From the NCBI RefSeq assembly GCF_009914755.1, contig NC_060926.1: 64,000 nucleotides of DNA, one strand, 5' to 3'. The notes beneath the pieces are model-generated. The model was given only the letters and a program-made list of their open reading frames with translations, did no database searches and was not told the DNA's origin. Source of the DNA: the human T2T-CHM13v2.0 reference genome, Homo sapiens. Both the position numbers and the translations under genes were made by a program. Shown here piece by piece: positions 12,076 to 31,967 of the stretch; the stretch's first letter is position 1; each line of letters begins with the position of its first letter.

Positions 12076-15000
12076 GGTCAGCACCCCTGTTTATGTTCCT
12101 GTCACCTGCCACAGCCTTGACTCTCATAACCAACAGGAAAATGAGGAGGTTCTAGGGCCCTGTGAGTAAAAAACTGGGATGATAGGGAAAGGAGAATGGA
12201 ATCTCATCTGAATCCTCCTTCCTTGCCTACATTTGTTTAAATTTATTGAGCAAAAGGGCCAGACTACTGATCATTTCTGGCAAAACATGTTGAGTACATT
12301 TTAGGGTTTAACAGTTTTGGGTACCTTTCAAAGAAAATATTTGGTTATATGTAAAATTGGTATTTTCCCACTTTTTAAATTCCTACTTCTCCTGTTTGCC
12401 ATTCTTCTCCACTCCATGAGACAGTAGAGACAGGATTATTCACTAATTCTCCTCTGGCGGAGCTGGCTGAGGACAATCAGTAAGATCTTGGTTGTGAGTG
12501 TCAAATAGATTTTGTAATTTCATAGCAGACGCAAGTTCCTAATACTAAAACTCTTTGATTACAATTACCTCTTGCTGATAGAAAAAGGGAGTTCTTGAAA
12601 TTTTGAAAGTTGGTTTTAAAAATAAAATGCATACACTGGAAGATGCAGTATACTAAAGATGTAGTATTTTCCAGGGATCACTGAGAAAATACAGGATGAG
12701 GTAAACAGTTTTATTTTCCAAAGTTCAGAATTTGAGATTGGGCAGACTGCAGGAATGGGAGCATGAAGAGAACATAAGAGAGATCAGCTATTGTTCAATT
12801 ACACTGCCCTTGATTATGGTGGGTGGGGATGTGGCTGGTGGTGGTGATGGCAGTTGATGATGTGGATCCAAAAAGGGGCCAAATGTGTTACTTGTGAAGA
12901 ACCACAGAGTTGAAAGCACTGCTGCATGGCTTCCTGGGTGGAGCCAAGTCTTCGCACTTTCCAAACTTTCTCTCTCCTTTATTACTCACATGAAACTGCC
13001 CTCTCTAGTATTATGGTGGAAAAAGCATTCTGCACCAGCTATTTTCATGGGAGTATGGCCAAGGATAATTATTTTTACTACTTATGGATTTTTAAAATCC
13101 AGGACAGATATAAATCCTAATACCAAAATAGTTTGATTTGCCTCAGTTGCCTTTTGCTGACTGAAAATAGAGTTCTTCCAATTCCAAAAGTGGGCTTTGA
13201 AAATAGACAAAATAATTCAGATGGAGAACATAAAGTTTACATAATGTACCACAGGAACAATGCAGAATTATATGAGATTTTTATTTCCTTCTCAAATTCT
13301 TAGAATTTTAAAAATATTTTACTGACATAGCATTTTAAAGAGAAAATTTTTAGTGCTATGTTGTCATAAGAAAATGATTCAAAGAATGAATAAATGCATT
13401 ATTTTTATATGATACTATTCCTGAAAATAAATCTGAATCCTCTATTTTAGTTGTTAATGCATAGAAAAATTATGCTCTTAATATATTCCATTGACAATAG
13501 TGCTCTAAATTTATATGCTTCCTTAATTTGAGGGCTACAGTCTGATAAATATCTATCTACATTTTGTCATGCAACTTTTAAACCTAACAGAAATGCTTTC
13601 GTTAAAAAAGCAACAGTGCTTTCTCTACCATAATGCTAGAGAGGGCAGTTTCGTGTGAGTGGTAAAGGAGAAAGTTTGGAAAGTGGGAAGACAGCAATTT
13701 TGCAATATGACCAAGTGTTATCATGCAAAAAACTATCTCCAAACCAGTCATTTCTAACATGTATTTCACTTGTGTTACCACTAATCTGCATCCATGATCT
13801 GATCATTCTGCCAAATAAATTTACACGAACCCGAGTAATGAGTGATGTCTGTCACATGTGATAACACGGTGTAGAGACACAAAAGACTGAATCAACAGAA
13901 CAAGATCCTGATACAGGCTAAGGGTTTAAATAATACTTGAGATGATTTATTTCAAGATAACAGATTCCATAGGAAGTGCAATTAAAATTCCAATGTGTCA
14001 TTTCTGTTAGGTTTAAAAGTTGCGTGGCAAAATGTACATAGATATTTATTAGACCGGAGCTCTCAAACTAAGAAATATGAGACACTCAATATGTTATTGA
14101 AAAATACTAATTAATGCATCATTGACCCTATATTTTATTACATAATGCAGTAAAAGAAAATAAAATGTAAGTAGCAAGAGCACGAGGTAAGCAATGCCAT
14201 CGTCACCTTTAGCCCTCCTGGGATTGACAGCACCTAGTCACCTTGAGTTTCTGCTTTTCTGCGAGACAGGAGATAAAATGAAAACCCATTCAAGGTAGTT
14301 AGTTATATTTTGGAGAAAGCAAACAAAGATACCACCTACATGATGCTGATATCCCAAAGGCATATATTCTCAAGTCAAAATAGTGAAAAGTATATGATCC
14401 CCAAAACTGAAAGGGGAGAGATACAAGGAGAATCAGAGCATGATCAAATTTAATTACAAAGAAGCCTCATAATATGGTGAACTAAATGTAACAAGGTTTC
14501 TTTGTCTGTTGCCATGGCAGTGCAGAGGCAGGCAGGTGGCCTTGGTGGTGTAGGTGGCTCTGCTCCGTGAGGTCACTCCGGTGGGCAGGAGGCACGAACA
14601 CCCTGAGAACACAGCCTTCCTCCTTCCTCACAGTCATTGCCTGCCCAGCCATCCTCAGCAGCATGAGGTGGGACAGAGTGGAGAGAAAGCTGTTTTCTTC
14701 TAAAGACTAAAAACAAAAACAGAAAAAAAAAAAACAAACCTGGAGCTTTCCATCAGTGACAAATGTACTTTTGACTCAATCACACATTTGAGAAGTTTTC
14801 CAGTGAGTGGATCTGCAGATAAACCCACATTCGTTGTTTGTTTGTTTTAATCTGAAAATGTGTTTACATGATTCTTGAAAATATTTTTTGACTGTAAACT
14901 TATATTTGTAGTAGCCTATTTGAAGTTATCATTTACTATTTCATAATTGCTACTAAAAAGTTATTGTTAAAAAAATCTGTGACTCTAACTGTTCTTGTTT

Positions 15001-15156
15001 GAAAGGAATACGTCTTTTTAAGACACTCAGACTCCTTTTAAGCTCCTCATTTGGCCCTCCTTTGTTTCTGATTCAATGTATTGTTTAATTTGTTATTTAT
15101 GACTAATTAATCTATTAATTAATTTTCACAATCACAGAATCAAATGTCCTATAAGT

Positions 15157-15189
15157 TGCTATGTCAAAGACCTGCCTGAAGATGGCACA
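15157..15189 (+). promoter_or_regulatory. Putative CTCF site (module 1)
   Basis: TGCTATGTC..CCTGCCTGAAGATGGCAC; paralogous to the stronger motif at 34225. Confidence 0.4.
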
Positions 15190-15400
15190 CATGCTCCACA
15201 ATGAACAAAGGACAGCACCATGGTCTCAGGAACACTGGGGAAGTAGGAGTGCTGGTGTCCCATTATCAACAGGGAGCCCTAGAGTTAGAGTCAAATCTTC
15301 CCTGTGACCTGGGCACCTGGGAGGAGCCACCCGTGTGCTGAGCTGTGGGAACCTGCCCCATGCCCTGAGACTGGAAGCACGGCCTTGGCTGTGTCCCACC

Positions 15401-15780
15401 TGCTATGGACTGAATTGTGCCCTCAGATTCATGTTGAAACCCTAATTTTCAATGTGACTGTAGAAATCAGAACCTCTAAAGATGTAATTGAGGTCATGGC
15501 AGGGGGTGTCCCTGATCCAGTAGGATTCATGATTTTGTAGGATCCAGAGACCTCTCCTTTTTCTTCTCTCTCTCTAACCGCCTTCCCCTCCATGGAAAGG
15601 CTGTGTGAAGACATGGTGAGAAGGTGGCACCTACAAACCAGGAATAAGGTCTTTAGCAGAAAACAAACTCTGCTGAACGTCGATCTGGGATATTCCAGGC
15701 ACCAGAAATGTGAAAATTAAATTCTGTGGTTTAGCCATCCAGCCCCGTGTTACGGTGTGGCAGCGGAAGCTGACTCATCC
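15401..15780 (+). mobile_element. MaLR LTR (MLT1-type)
   Basis: Starts TGCTATGGACTGAATTGTGCCCTCAGATTCATGTTGAAACCCTAA; typical MLT1 body (GAAGACATGGTGAGAAGGTGGC). Confidence 0.75.
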
Positions 15781-15825
15781 ATCTTCCCCACCCTCTGTGA
15801 GCAGATCAGCTTCAGGAGGCCCTCG

Positions 15826-16315
15826 TGGACATGGGGTCCCAGCTTTGCTCCTCTTCCTCCTGTTTTTCCAACTCTCTGGTGAAGAGGGAGGACTCAAGCT
15901 TCATCATCAGTTTCTGTGCATTAAACATGAATGTTTCCTTCAAGATGAAGTTTTTAGCCCATTTTGCTTTCTCAGAATTTAATCAAACTGAATGAAGTAT
16001 GTACTTACAATTAATATTTGGGGATGTTCATATTTGTTCCCCCCTTATATGACAGTTGGGATATTGTGTGGTGCTCATCTCCAGGCCCCTCCCTGTGTTC
16101 CAGGAGACAGGGTCACTGTCACCAGCAGAGCCAGTCAGGGAAATAACAGTGTCTAGCCTAGCTCCTTGTGAAATAAGGGCTGACACTGAGCTCCTGCTGG
16201 CTCCCACTGCTCCCTGGACACGATGCCTGCCTGGGTCAAGGGGGTGAGTCTGGACAGACGTCACTCTGGCCATCAGTAGCCTAACTACCTTCATGACCTC
16301 CCACTGTGAACAGAG
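15826..16315 (+). pseudogene. Relic Vkappa gene (leader 15826-15878, decayed V exon 16060-16315)
   Basis: GTGGACATG..VPALLLFLLFFQLS|GTGAAG leader; V exon words GATATTGTG, CCAGGAGACAGGGTCACTGTCACCAGCAGAGCCAGTCAGGG (PGDRVTVTSRASQG), CTAGCCTAG (LA*), ACAGACGTCACTCTGGCCATCAGTAGCCTA (TDVTLAISSL), CACTGTGAACAGAGT (HCEQS). Confidence 0.8.
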
Positions 16316-17059
16316 TCCCGGAAGCTGCTGGAGCCATGAAAGTTGGACAGAGAAATCCCACATCACTGCAGTCAGAGGGGGGCTATGAAAAGACCGTGGG
16401 GGGGTTTCATACTATGACCACCCAGCACTGAGCCATGGCTGCCACTCTGTCTGATGGGAGCCCCCAGGGGAAGATCCACTCACACTGTGCTCTAGAGGTC
16501 GTTTTTGTCACCATCTTTGTTCTAGCTGGTTTGGGCCAGTTTCTGTAGTGCATCCTGTTTTGTCCAGATCCTGTTCTGGTCAGCGTTGTCATGACCAGTG
16601 TTGTGATCAGTGCTCAGAATACAAGCCCTGATGATCTCCTACCTTATACTCACTGCCTTCTGTGAACCAGATGTTCTGATAAGGGTCCTGTTGGATCCTA
16701 CTCGAATCAGTTGCCACACAGACCCTCACTGAGGGCTGAGGGCCACAGACATCTGAAGATAAACAGAGGTCCAGAGAATGATAGCCTGTGACTGTCCTCT
16801 GTAAAGACAGCTGCTCCCCAGATGGCTGAGGGCTGTCTTTGGCTGTGTCCTTCTTTCTGAATGATAATGAGGGATAGAGCAGGTCTCTAAGCAAAACCTC
16901 AGCAAGGCCTTCCTATGTGTGCTGCTCTAACCTGGACATAGGTGGCACTGGATACACTTAGGGAAGTGAGGAAATTTATAGTCACAAGGAAGAGAGAGAA
17001 AGGAGGAGAGAGAGAGAAGAGCCTGTGATGTGTGTATAGTACCAACACTGATAGTATGT

Positions 17060-17582
17060 TCTTTAATGGTTTATTGTTGAGTATGATGCTCAAATGCTCA
17101 GGTTCTATTCCATGCAGCCGATACATATACCTTATATAGGAAAAGGGCCTTTGCATATATAAATTAAGGATTATGAATTGGGCAGATTATCCTGTATTGA
17201 CCAGGTGGGCCCTAAATGGGCCTGTCTTTATTAAATGTCTGTCTATCTCTCTTATAAGGACATCACGATTGTCCTTATAAGATAGACATAGACAGACATT
17301 TTAACAAAGTCTGCAGAAGAGAAGGCAATTTGAAGACAGTGGCAGAGATTGAAGTGATGTGGACTCAAGCCAAAGAAAGTTGAAGCCACCAAAAGCTGGA
17401 AGAAGCCAAAAAGTAGACTCCCCGCTGGAGTCCCTGCAGAAGCTTTGATGACAGCCTGCTCTTGACCCCTGAAACTAGTGCTGGACTTATGGCCTCCAGA
17501 ACTATAGGAGGAGAATATATTTCTGTTGCTTTAAGCCACCAAAGTTTTAGTAATTTGTTATAGCAGCCCAAGAATTCTAATA
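17060..17582 (+). mobile_element. MaLR LTR (MLT1C/D-like)
   Basis: AGATTATCCTG..GGTGGGCCCTAAATG..GGCAGAGATTGAAGTGATG..TTTAAGCCACCAAAGTTTTAGTAATTTGTTATAGCAGC. Confidence 0.7.
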
Positions 17583-17785
17583 AAAATGGGGCTTAGGATA
17601 AGTCCAGCCTAAAGGTAGTATGATGATTTGCACTCTCCACCTTCATTTCTCTAATGTTACACATAATTGGTTAGAAGAAGATTTTTATGATGGAAACATT
17701 GTACAGGAAGCCACCCAGTATATACAGGGGCATCTGTTAGTTACAGAATAAATATTGACAGTTCTTAGTTGAAAATGACATCTGA

Positions 17786-18373
<588 letters not shown>

Positions 18374-19729
18374 AAAATGACATGTGACTAGTAGTATCTT
18401 ATCTAGAATCTTCATTCTAAGATACTCAAGGACGCATAAAAGGGACCCTAAGTAGTCTTTTCATACATATATATGCACATATATATGTATGAAAAGCAGT
18501 CTTTTCATCAACTAGAGAAACCCTCAGGACAGCCCTTAATACCCTTGGTGATACATTTCAGATGAGTAAACTGTTATCAGAGCCCGTAGTTGAAACTATT
18601 CAACAGAGATGGTTTGCCCAAAGATATGTGGTCAGCAATTGTCAGGGCTGAGCTTGGAACCCAGGTCTGCATAACCTTAAATATGTTGCTTCCACATGGC
18701 CACGTTTGTTTCATATACGATTGAATGGCCTTTAAATTCAAAGAAGAGACAAAGCCAGAAGAGTGGTGTGAAATTCTCAACACAAGCTCCCTGCTACCTC
18801 TACACCTTACCGTGATTACTCCAATTATAAACTCAGGCCCTCATGCAGTTTTGTCTACAAAGCAAAACTTCCTCAAAGTCTTTACAAATACTAAATGTCT
18901 TTCTTTCAGATTCGAGGGCAAGAGCACATCTTGCATTGCCCTGAACACTTTGCATCTTTTCTACCATTCTCATCTTTCTGTCCCAGTCCTTCCTTCTCAA
19001 ATGATGTCCTGTAAATCTGATTTCTCCCCCAATATGAAAACAAATGAACAAATATTCCCCTACTTTTCTCATATCCAGAGGATACAAGAGTTAATCACAT
19101 ATCCAGAGAGTACGAGAGTTAATCAAGGGATTTATGCAAGAGTGTTTACACATAACAAGGATTCTGGTGCTAGCCATCTTCACAGTGAAATTTTCTGTGT
19201 GTCTTGCTAAAATTGACACTAAAAAATGACAAGATAAAAATATTTGGAAGAACAGAGGGCAACCATGCCCTTAAGGAGGTAAAAGACACCCCTGCCCCTT
19301 GTGTTAGTTTCCTACTCCTGCTGTAACAAGTTATCAGAATCTTACTAGTTTCATACAACACAAATTTATTATCATACAGTTCTGGCAGTGAGAAGTCTCA
19401 CTGATTTATAATCAAGGTATCCGTAGTTCTATATTCCTTCTGGAAGTTCCAGGGGAGAGAATCTGATTCTCAGCTTTTCATCTTCAAAGATAGCCCCATG
19501 TTCCGGGCTGCCTGGCCCCTTTCTCCATCACTGAAGCATCCCTGTCCATTGTCCCTATTCCTCTCTGACTGTTACCCCCACTCCTCCCTATTATAAAGAC
19601 CCTTCTGATGACGCTGTCTTTCCTAGATAATTCAGCTGTTTCCTAAATTTTCTGAATATCCCTATGCATGAAAAAAAAAGAATTGGCAAGTATTCAGACT
19701 ATACTTTCCAAGAATGAGGGTTTGTCCAC

Positions 19730-20850
19730 TGTTTTAGGTTGGATCTTTCAGGGACAATGATGCCCATGCAGGCAGCATATTTATAATGCACAGTAAACAC
19801 TAGGAGGAAACAAGGCAGTGAGAGAGGAAAGAGAGCAGCGATACCGAAAATGTCCTCAGCGAGAAGCTACCACAGAGGATGAATGGAGATCAAGCCCACG
19901 TGGAAACATGGGAAAATGTCTCAGTATTTTTCCACCTAAGAAGGGAGGGAGATGGGGTATGTATACACCTCCCTGTCCTCACTGATTGAGGGCTTTCCGA
20001 GAGGATGCTCATTCCAGGTGCTGTGATAGGCCATGTGTACAGGCAGGGCTGCCTTCTCCAGCTTCAGATAGAGCAGTGAGGAAAAGATATGGCCATGGGG
20101 GGTCAGCAGAAGTACAGCAAAGGGAAAAGGGAAAGGGTAGCAAGAGTGACAACTATATTCACCCCCCCCACACACACACACACACACACGAAATTGTGTA
20201 TTGCAATCCAGAACTGCTTCTCTCTGAACCTAAATCTTAGCAAGCAGTTTACCAGTAACTGCCCTTGAAATTCAGGCCCCTGGAAAGGAGCAGGGGGTTG
20301 TGTACAGGCTATACCACAGCAGTCTGCCCACCCTTAGTGATGCATGAGTAATGCTCCCTGGACTCCCCAGGTTCTAGTCTTCTCATGTCGATGTAGTTGA
20401 TTCCACTTCCCTTGCTGCACAACCAGGCTGGGATGCCTGGGCAGAGGCAGACATGTGAGGTATAGGGGTTCAAATCTGTTTCCAAGTTTTATCCAGCTTC
20501 AAAGCATTTCTCCGTGTACATGAGCGGTGGCTTGACAGGAGATGGAGACTCTCTTTCCTGGATGTGAGGCAAGGAGGCAGGCGTCTGAGTCAGGATGATG
20601 TCCCTACTCACTGCTAAAGAGAAAAGTGGCTTTGATGGTGCAGGGCAGGGAAATGCACTGAGTGGTCGCCACCCTCACAGAAGAGAAAGTGTTCACTGAC
20701 CTGGCCTTTCCCCAGGGCCTCTCCCTCCCATTGCTTTCCAGAAAGCCATGATTTTTGAGAGCCACACCTGAACACTCACAAACATTATGGTGGGAAAAGC
20801 AGATCAGAGCATTAGGCAAGTTGCATTACCTTGGCCTTCTTCCTTTGGAG
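19730..20850. mobile_element. Ancient ERVL-type LTR/internal remnant shared by all modules
   Basis: Starts TGTTTTAGGTTGGATC; paralogs at ~40040-42830, ~52730-53660 and ~830-1085, and inverted at ~61140-62090; family assignment uncertain. Confidence 0.4.
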
Positions 20851-21635
20851 ACAATTGATGTGGGGTTCTAGATTGACCCAGAGTTTCAAGTTTATCCTGA
20901 TTCAGGCTTCAACAGCTGGAGGAAGAAACAGAGATGTTTTTTGAAGTAAACAGATCTAGCATTACTAATCAACCCTTCATACTGATGACCTATGGGAAAT
21001 AATACCCAAGGGCAGAAAAATGGGCAGAATAAGGGGAGCCCCAAACCAAGACGAAGCTGCTGCCCATTGAGACCCTGGGTATTACAGAGACCTATAGCTC
21101 TGGATAATGGAAGATCTATGAGTGGCACAGGCGCTGAGGAATCACAGCATCATTATCGTGCATCTGCAGGGAATTGCTTGTAAATATACTGGTAATTACA
21201 AATGTTTAAGGTCACTACAAATACTTTGGAGTGTATTAAATATGCTTCTGATAAAGACTGTTTTTCTCACATGAAACAATGGGAACCATGTGACAATCAC
21301 AGAGGTGTTGTTACTATAGCAAAAGGGATTGTTACTCTCCACATCCCTTTAAGTAACTTGAAGGCCTGATAGACCCACCCTCTAAGACTTCATTAGACAT
21401 TCCCTACGAATGGTTATACTCTCCTGTATACTCCCAATACAACTCTAAAATATATTATTCCATATAGTCCTTAGGTTTGTATTAAAGTTTGACTTTTTTC
21501 CTTCAAAATATCTCTTGTCACAACAGCGGCTCTAGAGAGAAATACATTCCCTCCAGGCAAATCTATGCTGCGCTGGTCTGACCTGGGACCCTGGGGACAT
21601 TGCCCCTGTGCTGAGTTACTAAGATGAGCCAGCCC

Positions 21636-21681
21636 TGCAGCTGTGCTCAGCCTGCCCCATGCCCTGCTGATTGATTTGCAT
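21636..21681 (+). promoter_or_regulatory. Vkappa1 promoter: pentadecamer (E-box) and octamer
   Basis: TGCAGCTGTGCTCAG 21636-21650; ATTTGCAT 21674-21681. Confidence 0.9.
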
Positions 21682-21767
21682 GTTCCAGAGCACAGCCCCC
21701 TGCCCTGAAGACTTTTTTATGGGCTGGTCGCACCCTGTGCAGGAGTCAGTCTCAGTCAGGACACAGC

Positions 21768-22272
<505 letters not shown>

Positions 22273-23175
22273 TCCAAGGAAGCAGATGTGTGAGGACGAG
22301 CCACCCCAGATGCTCCTCCTGGTGCCTCCATCTGCTGAGAGCATTTCTCAAACTCAGTCAGGTTTTGAAAGTCATTGGGAGACTTTTGTAGAGGGGACCA
22401 GGGAGGCTCCTCTGAACTCTAAGCCTCTTTTGCCCCTATCCCCAGGAGAAAAGATGTGACAATGCCTGTCCTGATTGAATAAGGAAGAGATACAAGTCCA
22501 CCTGAGGAGTCTGTGTTATGGGATAATTGGAATTTACACAGCAAAAGAGAAGCTATTCTCGGTATTTCAAGGAGAAATTGTTCAAGTTGAATAAATTAGA
22601 GTCTAAACTAGTCTTTTTGAAGCCTACGGTATGTTATTCGTGAAGCAGCCACTAGAGACAGGGGATTCTCAGGTGCTCCTGCAGAAGTCAGAGTGCACCT
22701 GCCCCTGGTGGTATGTGCTGAGTACCGTGTGATGATCCTCAGACCTGTCTGGGAAGCCGAGGGCTGGGGTGCTGATGCTCTCAGCTGCCTGCAGCACGTC
22801 TCCAGGTGATTCTCCAGTCCACAAACAATTCCACATGTTTTACTTCAGATGTCAGAGTACATGAATCCACCACTCTGACTTCCCAATCTCATGGGAGTGC
22901 CTCTCATTAAGCAACTCTAAAGAAACCATAGAGAGAAAAGGAGTTTTGGAAAATGTGCGTCCAGAAGTGATAGTAGCGATGGGGAATTGACAGCTGACAG
23001 GTCAGTAAGGTTGCTCTTTCCACAAGGCTCAAAACTTTGCCAGTTACAGATTGTCCCAGAATATACTCGAATGTGCTATCACGTCTTACGAGCAACTCTG
23101 GGTTCATAGCAAGAAAACTTCATTAAGTCATAGATGAAACAGAAAAATCAGGAAACTGTATGAAATACATTATAA

Positions 23176-23320
23176 GGCTGTGTGTGGTAGCTCATGCCTG
23201 TAATTCCCAGCACTTTGAGAGGCTAAGGCAGGAGAATTGCTTCATCCTAGGAGTTTGAGATTGGACTGGGCAACATAGGAAGACTCTGTCTCTACAAAAA
23301 ACAAAACAAAACAAAAAGAT
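23176..23320 (+). mobile_element. Alu monomer (FLAM-like)
   Basis: GGCTGTGTGTGGTAGCTCATGCCTGTAATTCCCAGCAC...TCTCTACAAAAAACAAAA. Confidence 0.8.
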
Positions 23321-26300
23321 AAATAGATAGTTATAACAATCGTTTGACAACCTTTTTCCTTGACAAAAAGGAAAACAAGAGAAAATCCTAAACATGGATG
23401 TAGCATTTTTCCTCTTAATATGAAAGTCCTCTGCTACTCAAAACTATCCAGAATCCAGTAGCACCTTAGCAATACTGAGAGGGTGCCTTGCAAGATACAT
23501 AGCAGGCCCACCTCAAATTACCTGAAAGAGAATCTTCATTTTAACACGGTAACAAGTGATCTACATAAAGCTTAACAAGGTATGTTTTAGGTGATATTTT
23601 AGCTAAAGAGATTTATTTTTTTCTCAATGAGGATATTTAAGAAAATTTCAATGGAGAGTCACATGTTGAAAGCACACCCAGCTTTACTTTCAAATTGATG
23701 CAACATTGCATTTGAAAACATTTTGAAGATTACAAAGGTTGAAAATCATAATTATATATGTCCATAGAATTATCAAATAACTTCATGTTTAAATGGAGTA
23801 AACATTTTTAGAAACTTTAATAATTACCAAGTGAAAGAATCAATTAAAGTTGTGTGTACCTATGTTAGAGATTCTCGGGCTTAATTGTATCAGGTCAGCT
23901 TGGTTTGGGATTTGTCTACTCCTGCGACCTGCCATGAGAATCTTCTGCCCTGAGTAGTCAGTGTCCTTCAGGCTTGGCCTCAGATAAATGCAATCCATAG
24001 GCTGGAGACAAGCTCGATTCCCTGCAGCCGAACCAACCAGCTGAGCCCTGCCTTGGGATCAGCCAACTGATTATTAAAATGAACATTCAGGAATATGAAA
24101 ATAAATACTTAGTGTTAATAAGACACTAAGAGTTTAAGTGGTTGATTGTCAATAATTATTGTGCAAAAACTGACCAATACAGTATTTATACATCTACCTA
24201 TTTAGATAGATGCATTTTATTAAAATTGATGGCATAAATATGAATATTTATTAATCCATATATAGAGATACTAAGACAATATTTAAAACATTAAAACTTA
24301 ATACCAATAAAAACCATGAAATTGATGTCATTTGGGGAAAATACATATTTGAGTGTATATAACATACATATTGGTGCATTTATATTTTTGAAAAATTATT
24401 GGTTGCATATACGTATATGTACACATATTTATCTTTAAATAAGTCTATTTAAGTATATTTATATATCCATATAGAAGTAACACATGCATATTTACAAAAC
24501 AATTATATAAAAATGAAATCTGTGAAGGTGATTTCAGTTTCCCCCCATAAGAACACTGGTGCCCGAGACCTGGTGTAGTATCTGCTGTGGCTACAGAAAG
24601 TTCCTTTATAACCTTTAGTTATAAAATACTCACCTAATGGGTATTTACACCTTAAAATATTTTTCTAACTCAAGTGGAGGGGTAAAGGGTATGAATGGGG
24701 ATAACTGCCTACTGTTAAAAATTAATCATTTCATCCTATGGAAGTCCAATCATGCATATGCTGCCAATGATGCCATGCTGGATGGAGTTCTCATAACTGG
24801 GTGCTGTATTGATGTCATACCACTGCCATGGTAAAGGATACCCTGGGAGACTAGCAGTCACAAGAGTGGGCAAACCCGAAGGGTGAAGTCACCGTACACT
24901 TTGCAAAGAGGGATTAGCAATTCCATAACATTGGCTATTGGTTTGGAGAGATCACCAGGCCTCAGAAGAAACAAAACTGAAGGACTCGAGACAAAGTTGG
25001 TTTGGAAGAGCTGTGACTGGATCTTTGAAAATACGTCAAGATCAAAAATAAATGCTTCCTAAGTGAATATTCATATCTATTCCATTACTGAGGACCAGCT
25101 CTTAGTAATTAAGACGATCGAATGCTTGGCCTTCAGTCAGTCAACTTTCCCAGATTTTTTAGGAAGTGACATGAACCATAGAAATCCATGCAGGAGCTCA
25201 ACAATATGAATTTCAGTTAATGAGGCTTGCATACCTATGGCTCTTCTGAGCATTCAACTTGCCAAGTAGCATTACCCCTCCCAAACCACTAACATCTAAC
25301 CACACATCAGTGATCAGACTAACAACGCGTGTCAAATGAGTACAGTGCACCTAACCCAGCATCCAGAGGACAGTGGTAGTTTTCCTGTATATGGATTTGC
25401 CTTTCTTGTCAGTCATGTTTCTGCCAGAATCATCACTTGGAAGTATCTATAGCAAAAAAAAAAAAAAAAAAGTGAAGCAACGTATATTCACGATGTTGTC
25501 ATGTGTCCAGGGGCAGCTGTCCTTATAGAAAAGAGAAAATCCATTAGTAGTCAGGAAAAGCCAAAACACTAACCCTTGTAATGTCAAATCACTGTCTTAC
25601 CAGATGTGCTGGAGGCCCTGAAACACTGATGTGTATGACGTTGTTACCCCCATTAACAGAATAGGAGAATCTGAGAGATGACTATTTATTATGGGTACAG
25701 AGAAGATTGAAATGTTGTTTCTATTCACTCTTGTCTGGTTTTCCAGTTGATAGTTCTTAATTCAAAGAATTAGCATGATAATTGTTGCATTAAATTGAAA
25801 AAAATGATGAACATGTGGCCATTTAGTTCTTATTATGGTTCAGGACAAACTTTGAACAAAGGGTCCTATGGTGTGGGCTGGGGACATACAACCTGATAAT
25901 CAAGGAGAAATAGGTTTCCTTCTACATATTTTAGAGAGGAAGTAGAGAAAATGTGGAAGCTAGAAGAATTTCAAGATTGTTTTTATTTACTGACATTTCC
26001 TCTGGTAAAAATTTCTCTTAACTTCAACAGACTTCAGAATGAAGCTTTGAGTAACACGCAGCTGAAGCATCACATGCACTTGGATGCTAGTGCAGCAGAG
26101 GGGAGATGAAACACACAGTGAGCTTAGGAGATGAGAACAGCAAAGGCAGCCTCTTGGTCAGCTTGAGTTGAGAAGCACAAGAAACAGTCCATTCATTCCT
26201 TCTACTTGTTCTATCATTGAATCAGGTGACTATGAGAGAAGCCACTGTGCCTGGTGAGGCAAAATTGTGTTTATTTTGATGCATTAGGTGACTTAAAACC

Positions 26301-26407
26301 AGATGGAAAAAGCAGAGGAGTGAGTGCAGGCAGCTCCCAGCACTGATTTCACTCCTCCCTGATCAAGATATCACTCATCCTTGTCTCCATGATCAAGAAA
26401 ATTCCAA

Positions 26408-26712
<305 letters not shown>

Positions 26713-26802
26713 AAAAGTCCTCCTATTGTGACAGGAAGATGGTGAGGCAGGAGGCTGTGCCCACAGGACGGTGCTGTCTGATCAAGTTTCTTGATCCTGT
26801 GT

Positions 26803-31190
<4,388 letters not shown>

Positions 31191-31266
31191 TTAGAAACCA
31201 CCTGAAAGAACAATGACCAGTGCCTTGAATAATATCTTTTAATAAAGGGTCTCTTGTACCTAGTAA

Positions 31267-31596
<330 letters not shown>

Positions 31597-31724
31597 TAAG
31601 CTCATTTTTAAAAACGTATTTTTTATGATGTGAATAAAAAATCTTTTAAAAGATAAATGATAAATCCATATCATAAGGGAAATCGTGATACTTGCTCATA
31701 ATATTTGTACATAACTTTGTACTT

Positions 31725-31967
31725 CATCTCCTGCAGGTCTAGTCAGACCCTCCTGCATAGCAATGGAAACACCTATTTGTATTGGTAACTATAGAAGCCA
31801 GGCGAGTCTCCACAGCTCCTGATCTATGGGGTTTCCAATGGGGCCTCTGGAGTCCCAGACAGGTTCAATAGCAGTGGGTCAGGCACATATTTTAAACTCA
31901 AAATTAGCAGGGTGGAGGCTGAGGATATTCGACTTTATTAATACATGCAAGCTACATAATATCCTTG
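31725..31967 (+). pseudogene. IGKV2D-38: Vkappa2 pseudogene (IGKV2D-38 / IGKV2-38); no promoter, leader, acceptor or most of FR1
   Basis: [45 protein letters not shown]...Y*YMQAT*YP; several stops; position between 1-39 and 1-37. Confidence 0.88.

Noticed and set aside
16302-16308. CACTGTG as a reverse heptamer (many isolated CACAGTG/CACTGTG occur in the window)
   Set aside because: No nonamer at 12/23 spacing; here it corresponds to the decayed Y-C codons of the relic V.
22695-22715. CCACCAGGGGCAG on the minus strand as a CTCF site
   Set aside because: One G short of the core spacing and not conserved in the 1-37 paralog flank.
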